Shown piece after piece: positions 37,315-41,720 of a stretch of DNA of 41,720 bases. How positions within the stretch are numbered: position 1 is the first letter of the stretch; every line of letters starts with the position of its first letter. Source of the DNA: Gemmatimonadota bacterium (GTDB lineage: Bacteria; Latescibacterota; UBA2968; UBA8231); the NCBI GenBank assembly GCA_038153405.1, contig JAYOYH010000028.1, positions 1 to 41,720 of the forward strand. Reading direction: 5' to 3'. Below the pieces are notes generated by a model that saw only the letters and a list, made by a program, of their open reading frames with translations, had not been told where the DNA came from and ran no database searches. The position numbers were made by a program, and so were the translations under genes.

Positions 37315-38901
37315 TTAGAGGCTGGCGCTTTTAGCCCAGGAAATGTAGTCGCGCGAGCGCACGTCGTCGAGCACTTCCTGGGGAATGGGGCCATCTACGT
37401 TGAGAATAGTCAGCGCGCTGCCACCAACCTGGTGGCGTCCGCAGGACATCTGCGCGATGTTGACGTCGTGGTTGCCCATGGCCGTGCCAATGTGCCCGAT
37501 GATGCCGGGAATGTCCTTGTTGACGTAGAACAGCATGTGACCTTGGGGCACGGCGTCAAATGTGTATTCGTCAAAGCGCACTAGGCGTGGGTCGCTCTTG
37601 CCGAAGAGCGTTCCGGCCAGCAGGCGGTGCTCTTTGTCCGTCTGGTAGATGACGGTGATCAGGGCGGCGTAGTCCTCGTGCTCGCTGCTGCGCAATTCGT
37701 CGACGCGCACGCCGCGCTCTTGAGCGAGAACCGGCGCGTTGACGGCGTTGACCGGCTGTCCCGTAACGCTCGACATGATGCCCTCTAAAACGGCCGATGT
37801 CATTATTGAAGTGGGATAGGCGACATCGCCGTGATACTCAACGGTCACGCGTTCCAAGCGGCCTTCGCTCAGCTGGACTTGTAGTTTGCCAAGGCGTTCG
37901 GCCAACTCTAAGTAGGGTCGCATTCGCGCATAGATTTCCGGTTCGACAGAAGGCGCGTTGATCGCATTGCGAATGACGCGCCCCATCAGCACGTCGGCGA
38001 CCTGTGCGGCCACCTGCAGCGCCACGCTCTCCTGTGCTTCTACCGTCGAGGCGCCCAGGTGCGGCGTGCAAATGACGCGTTCGTGTGCCAGCAGTTCGGA
38101 ACAGGTCGGGGGCTCTTCTTCAAATACGTCGAGCGCAGCCCCGGCTACCTGTCCCGAGTTAAGGTTGCGCAGCAGGGCAGCCTCGTCGATAATGCCTCCG
38201 CGCGCGCAGTTGACTAGATAGACACCTTTTTTGCAGGATGCCATTTGCGCGTCGGATATCATGTGGCGCGTCTGCTCGATGAGCGGCAGGTGCACCGTGA
38301 TAAAGTCGGCAGTCGCGTAAATCTCGTTCGGCTCGGCCAGTTGGGCCCCCAGCGATTCGGCGAATTCATTGGACACGACGGGGTCGTAGCCCAGCACCTT
38401 CATGCCAAAGGCGTTTGCGCGTAGAGCGACTTCGCTGCCGACCTTGCCGAGGCCGAGAATGCCAATGGACTTACCGCGCAGTTCGACGCCGGTCAATTTG
38501 CTGCGATCCCAGCGGCCCTGTTTGAGCGAAGCCGTGCCCTGCGGAATATTGCGCGCTAAGGCCATGATCATGGCAAAGGAGTGTTCAGCCGTCGAGACGG
38601 AGTTGCCGCCCGGCGTATTCATGACGATGACTCCGCCGCGCGTAGCAGCCGCCACGTCGATATTGTCCACGCCCGCTCCGGCGCGCCCGACGACCTTCAT
38701 CTTCTTAGCGGCTTCTAAAACGGCGGCGGTCACCTGCGTGCCGCTGCGCACGATAAGTGCGTCGTACTCGCCGATTAGGTCGATCAGTGCCGCTTCCTCC
38801 AAACCGGTGTTGACATCGACTTCTATACCGGGATTTTCGCGCAGAATTTCTACACAGCGCGCATCCATTTTATCGCTTATCAGTACCTTCAAGTGCAACA
38901 T
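37315..38901 (-). CDS. serA: D-3-phosphoglycerate dehydrogenase (long form with ASB and ACT domains)
   Basis: GRAGAGVDNID, NCARGG, TPHLGASTVEAQ and a C-terminal ACT domain (DIPGIIG...NIAQM). Confidence 0.95.
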   Translation of the reverse strand: MLHLKVLISDKMDARCVEILRENPGIEVDVNTGLEEAALIDLIGEYDALIVRSGTQVTAAVLEAAKKMKVVGRAGAGVDNIDVAAATRGGVIVMNTPGGNSVSTAEHSFAMIMALARNIPQGTASLKQGRWDRSKLTGVELRGKSIGILGLGKVGSEVALRANAFGMKVLGYDPVVSNEFAESLGAQLAEPNEIYATADFITVHLPLIEQTRHMISDAQMASCKKGVYLVNCARGGIIDEAALLRNLNSGQVAGAALDVFEEEPPTCSELLAHERVICTPHLGASTVEAQESVALQVAAQVADVLMGRVIRNAINAPSVEPEIYARMRPYLELAERLGKLQVQLSEGRLERVTVEYHGDVAYPTSIMTSAVLEGIMSSVTGQPVNAVNAPVLAQERGVRVDELRSSEHEDYAALITVIYQTDKEHRLLAGTLFGKSDPRLVRFDEYTFDAVPQGHMLFYVNKDIPGIIGHIGTAMGNHDVNIAQMSCGRHQVGGSALTILNVDGPIPQEVLDDVRSRDYISWAKSASL

Positions 38902-38917
38902 CCTCTGCGTTGTAGAC

Positions 38918-39517
38918 TCAATGCTCTTTTAACACCTGTTCTATCCACTCAATTACATCATCGCGTCCCTGTCCGCTCGTGGCGGAGAAGGGAACAAAAG
39001 AAATACCGGCAAGCGTCCCCTCGGACTCCAACCGGTCAAAGAGCAGTTTTTGCTTATTGCGCGACAGCTTGTCGGCCTTGGTAAAGACGAGTAAAAACGG
39101 CTTGCCCACTTCTTTGAGCCAGTCGATCATCATGCGGTCTAGGTCGGTGGGACCGTGGCGCATATCGATCAACTGCAAGACGGCGCATAGCGGTGCGCGC
39201 TGGTCGACGTAGCGGGTAACGATTTTCCCTAGCTTCTCGCGCAGGTCGACACCGCCGTGCACAAAGCCGTAACCGGGCAGATCGACAAAGTAGAGTTCTT
39301 CGTTGATCCAGTAGTAGTTCAACTGCTGCGTCTTGCCGGGAGTCGACGAAGTGCGCGCCAGCTTTTTGCGCCGCAGCAAGCGATTGATCAGAGACGACTT
39401 GCCTACGTTTGAGCGCCCAGAAAAAGCTATTTCCGGCTGCCCGTCGGCGGGCAGGTCGGCTGCGCGCACGGCGCCAATCGAGAATTCGGCAGAGCGAAAC
39501 TGCATGGTGCGGCTCAA
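38918..39517 (-). CDS. engB: Ribosome biogenesis GTPase YihA/YsxC
   Basis: [20 protein letters not shown] and TKADK. ATGA overlap with clpX. Confidence 0.95.
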   Translation of the reverse strand: MSRTMQFRSAEFSIGAVRAADLPADGQPEIAFSGRSNVGKSSLINRLLRRKKLARTSSTPGKTQQLNYYWINEELYFVDLPGYGFVHGGVDLREKLGKIVTRYVDQRAPLCAVLQLIDMRHGPTDLDRMMIDWLKEVGKPFLLVFTKADKLSRNKQKLLFDRLESEGTLAGISFVPFSATSGQGRDDVIEWIEQVLKEH

Positions 39518-40767
39518 GCGCGTTTGCGCTGCATCTCCTCGTCGTCTTCTTGGTCGAACCGGTCGATGCCCTTTTCTATCATCTCGGCGGTGATCTGCAG
39601 CGACTTTACATCGGACTGCGAAGGTAGGTCGTACATGATGTCCATCATCGCCTGTTCCAGCACGGAGCGCAAACCTCGAGCCCCCGTGCCCTTGCTGACA
39701 GTGAGCGAGACGACTTTGCGCAGCGCTTCTTCGGTAAATTCCACTTCGATGCCGTCCATTTCGAAAAGTCGTTTGGACTGTTTGATTATCGCGTCGCGTG
39801 GCTCGGTCAAAATGCGCAGTAAATCATCTTCGTCCAGCGAATCCATCGTCGTGATCACCGGCACGCGGCCAACGAATTCGGGAATCATGCCGTAGGCCAA
39901 CAGGTCTTCGGGTTGCACCTTGGCCAGCAACTCGCTGGCGTCGTCTTCAATGCGGTCTTCGACGGATGCGCCAAACCCCATTGTGCGCTCGCCCACGCGC
40001 TGGCTGATGACTTTGTCGAGTCCTTCAAACGCCCCGCCGCAGATAAAGAGAATGTTGCGAGTATTCATCTGGATCATGGGCTGTTCTGGATGCTTGCGCC
40101 CGCCTTTGGGGGGGATATTCGCCGTGGTGCCCTCGAGAATTTTCAGCAGCGCTTGCTGCACGCCCTCGCCGGATACGTCTCTGCTGACCGCGGGTGCCGC
40201 GCTTTTGCGCGCAACTTTGTCGACTTCGTCCAAATAGAGGATGCCCTTCTCCGCCCGTGCAACATCGTAGTCAGATGCCTGTAGTAGGCCGACTAAAATA
40301 TTCTCTACGTCTTCGCCAACGTAGCCGGCTTCGGTCAAGATCGTCGCATCGGCAATGGAAAAGGGCACCTGCAGAATTTTGGCCAGTGTCTTGGCCAATT
40401 CTGTTTTCCCCGTCCCCGTTGGACCGATGAGCATGACGTTGCTCTTGTCCAACTCGACATCGTCCAGGTCCACGTTGCTGCGAATGCGCTTATAGTGATT
40501 GTAGACGGCAACGGATAGGATTTTTTTGGCGCGTTCCTGAGCAATTACATACTCGTCGAGAAAGTCTTTTATCTGCGTCGGCTTGGGAATGTCGCCGGTC
40601 TCCCAAGGCAGGGTCTGTTTCTTTTCTTCGGCCAGCACCTCGTTGCACAGTTTGACGCACTCGTTGCATATATGCACCGAAGGGCCGGTAATGATCTTCT
40701 CTACCTGGTTATGGCTGCGTCCGCAGAAAGAGCAGCGCGGATCGCCTTTTGTCGGCCGTCTACGCAA
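39514..40767 (-). CDS. clpX: ATP-dependent Clp protease ATP-binding subunit
   Basis: CSFC...CNEC zinc finger, [28 protein letters not shown] and GARGLR. TTG start with GGAG RBS. Confidence 0.97.
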   Translation of the reverse strand: MRRRPTKGDPRCSFCGRSHNQVEKIITGPSVHICNECVKLCNEVLAEEKKQTLPWETGDIPKPTQIKDFLDEYVIAQERAKKILSVAVYNHYKRIRSNVDLDDVELDKSNVMLIGPTGTGKTELAKTLAKILQVPFSIADATILTEAGYVGEDVENILVGLLQASDYDVARAEKGILYLDEVDKVARKSAAPAVSRDVSGEGVQQALLKILEGTTANIPPKGGRKHPEQPMIQMNTRNILFICGGAFEGLDKVISQRVGERTMGFGASVEDRIEDDASELLAKVQPEDLLAYGMIPEFVGRVPVITTMDSLDEDDLLRILTEPRDAIIKQSKRLFEMDGIEVEFTEEALRKVVSLTVSKGTGARGLRSVLEQAMMDIMYDLPSQSDVKSLQITAEMIEKGIDRFDQEDDEEMQRKRA

Positions 40768-40797
40768 GGAACATACTCCTCAAAAGAGTGAGCTTAA

Positions 40798-41409
40798 TCA
40801 GTTGCTGACTTCAGCAGGCGATGCGACTTTGGAGGGCGCGATGATCTCGTCGATGATGCCATACTGGACGGCCTGCGCGGTCGTCATAAAAAAGTCGCGC
40901 TCGGTATCGCGCGCGATGTTCTCGAGCGGCTGTCCCGTGCAGTCGACGAGAATCTCGTTAATCTGTTCGCGCATTTTAATGATCTCGCGCGCGTGTATCT
41001 CCATATCGGAGGCCTGGCCGGTGATGCCACCCATGGGCTGGTGCAGCATGATGCGCGCGTTGGGCAGCGCCTGGCGCTTGCCCTTGGCTCCCCCCGCCAG
41101 CAAAACGGCGCCCATGCTTGAAGCCTGTCCAATGCAGATGGTGGAGACATCGGCTGCGATGTACTGCATCGTGTCGTAGATAGCCATGCCGGCCGTGACC
41201 AGCCCGCCGGGCGTATTGAGATAGAGCGCAATGTCCTTCTTGGGGTCTTCCGACGCCAGGAACAGCATCTGGGCGATGATTAAGTTGGCGATCTGGTCGT
41301 TTATGGGCGTGCCAACAAAAATGATGCGATCCTTGAGCAGGCGGGAGTATATATCGTACGAACGCTCGCCGCGCCCCGTCTGCTCTATCACCATCGGTAT
41401 GAGAGACAT
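40798..41409 (-). CDS. clpP: Clp protease proteolytic subunit
   Basis: [29 protein letters not shown] and DTERD. Confidence 0.97.
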   Translation of the reverse strand: MSLIPMVIEQTGRGERSYDIYSRLLKDRIIFVGTPINDQIANLIIAQMLFLASEDPKKDIALYLNTPGGLVTAGMAIYDTMQYIAADVSTICIGQASSMGAVLLAGGAKGKRQALPNARIMLHQPMGGITGQASDMEIHAREIIKMREQINEILVDCTGQPLENIARDTERDFFMTTAQAVQYGIIDEIIAPSKVASPAEVSN

Positions 41410-41435
41410 GTCGCTCCTTCTTTCCGTTTGTCCAG

Positions 41436-41720
41436 CTACACGTTTTCTTCTTTGATCACTGCTTTTTCACTCAGCAGCGCAAAGACTTTGTCCTCTTCGA
41501 GCTCGCGGCGCAAGTCGTCGGCGCGCCCGCTGCGCTTTACTTCCTCGACCTTGATGCCGGCCCCTGCGGCGCGTTCGGCCAAGTAGGACTCGAATTCTTC
41601 GTCGCCTACGGCGATCTCTGCCTTTTTGCGCACGGCCTCGGTCAGCAGGTAGCTCTTGAGGCGGCGCACGGCATTTTCGCGCTCTTCGTCGCTATGGTCG
41701 TGATCGTGGTCGTGGTCGTG
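41436..41720 (-). CDS. tig: Trigger factor C-terminal part (5' portion outside the window)
   Basis: Frame open to the window edge: [38 protein letters not shown]...[10 protein letters not shown]. Canonical position immediately upstream of clpP-clpX. Confidence 0.8.
   Translation of the reverse strand, partial: HDHDHDHDHSDEERENAVRRLKSYLLTEAVRKKAEIAVGDEEFESYLAERAAGAGIKVEEVKRSGRADDLRRELEEDKVFALLSEKAVIKEENV

Noticed and set aside
41694..41720. GTCGTG-type hexamer repeat as a CRISPR or non-coding VNTR
   Set aside because: It is in frame within tig and encodes His-Asp; there are no spacers or cas genes.
1..41720. Prophage, transposon, integron, defence system or secondary-metabolite gene cluster
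   Set aside because: No integrase, transposase, nuclease, phage structural, NRPS/PKS or RiPP-maturase motifs were recognised in any ORF.

Overview
A GC-rich bacterial chromosomal window with no rRNA, tRNA, CRISPR array or recognisable mobile element. The right end (36.0-41.7 kb, minus strand) is a housekeeping block: tig-clpP-clpX-engB-serA-purA. The rest is a patchwork of mostly cytoplasmic catabolic genes: three PhyH-type Fe/2OG dioxygenases, two sulfatases, a nitrilase-family hydrolase, a PL15/heparinase II/III-like lyase, GH32, a beta-propeller protein, an Ntn acylase, a ROK kinase and several aldolase-like enzymes. It also carries trkH, a MATE transporter, a Tat-exported PaoABC-like molybdoenzyme operon and two genes collapsed by internal deletion. 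The PhyH/sulfatase-rich content suggests a marine heterotroph such as Latescibacterota or a relative; this is inference only. The best leads are: (1) a signal-peptide-bearing 88-aa ORF followed by three hairpins upstream of trkH, a candidate leader-peptide control system; (2) an HxG (halogenase-type) PhyH protein in tandem with a canonical HxD PhyH; (3) a Cys-rich 69-aa fourth gene in the molybdoenzyme operon; (4) an (HD)n tract inside trigger factor; (5) an inverted-domain photolyase; (6) an iodotyrosine-deiodinase-type nitroreductase. All family calls come from motif recognition by eye; no searches were run.
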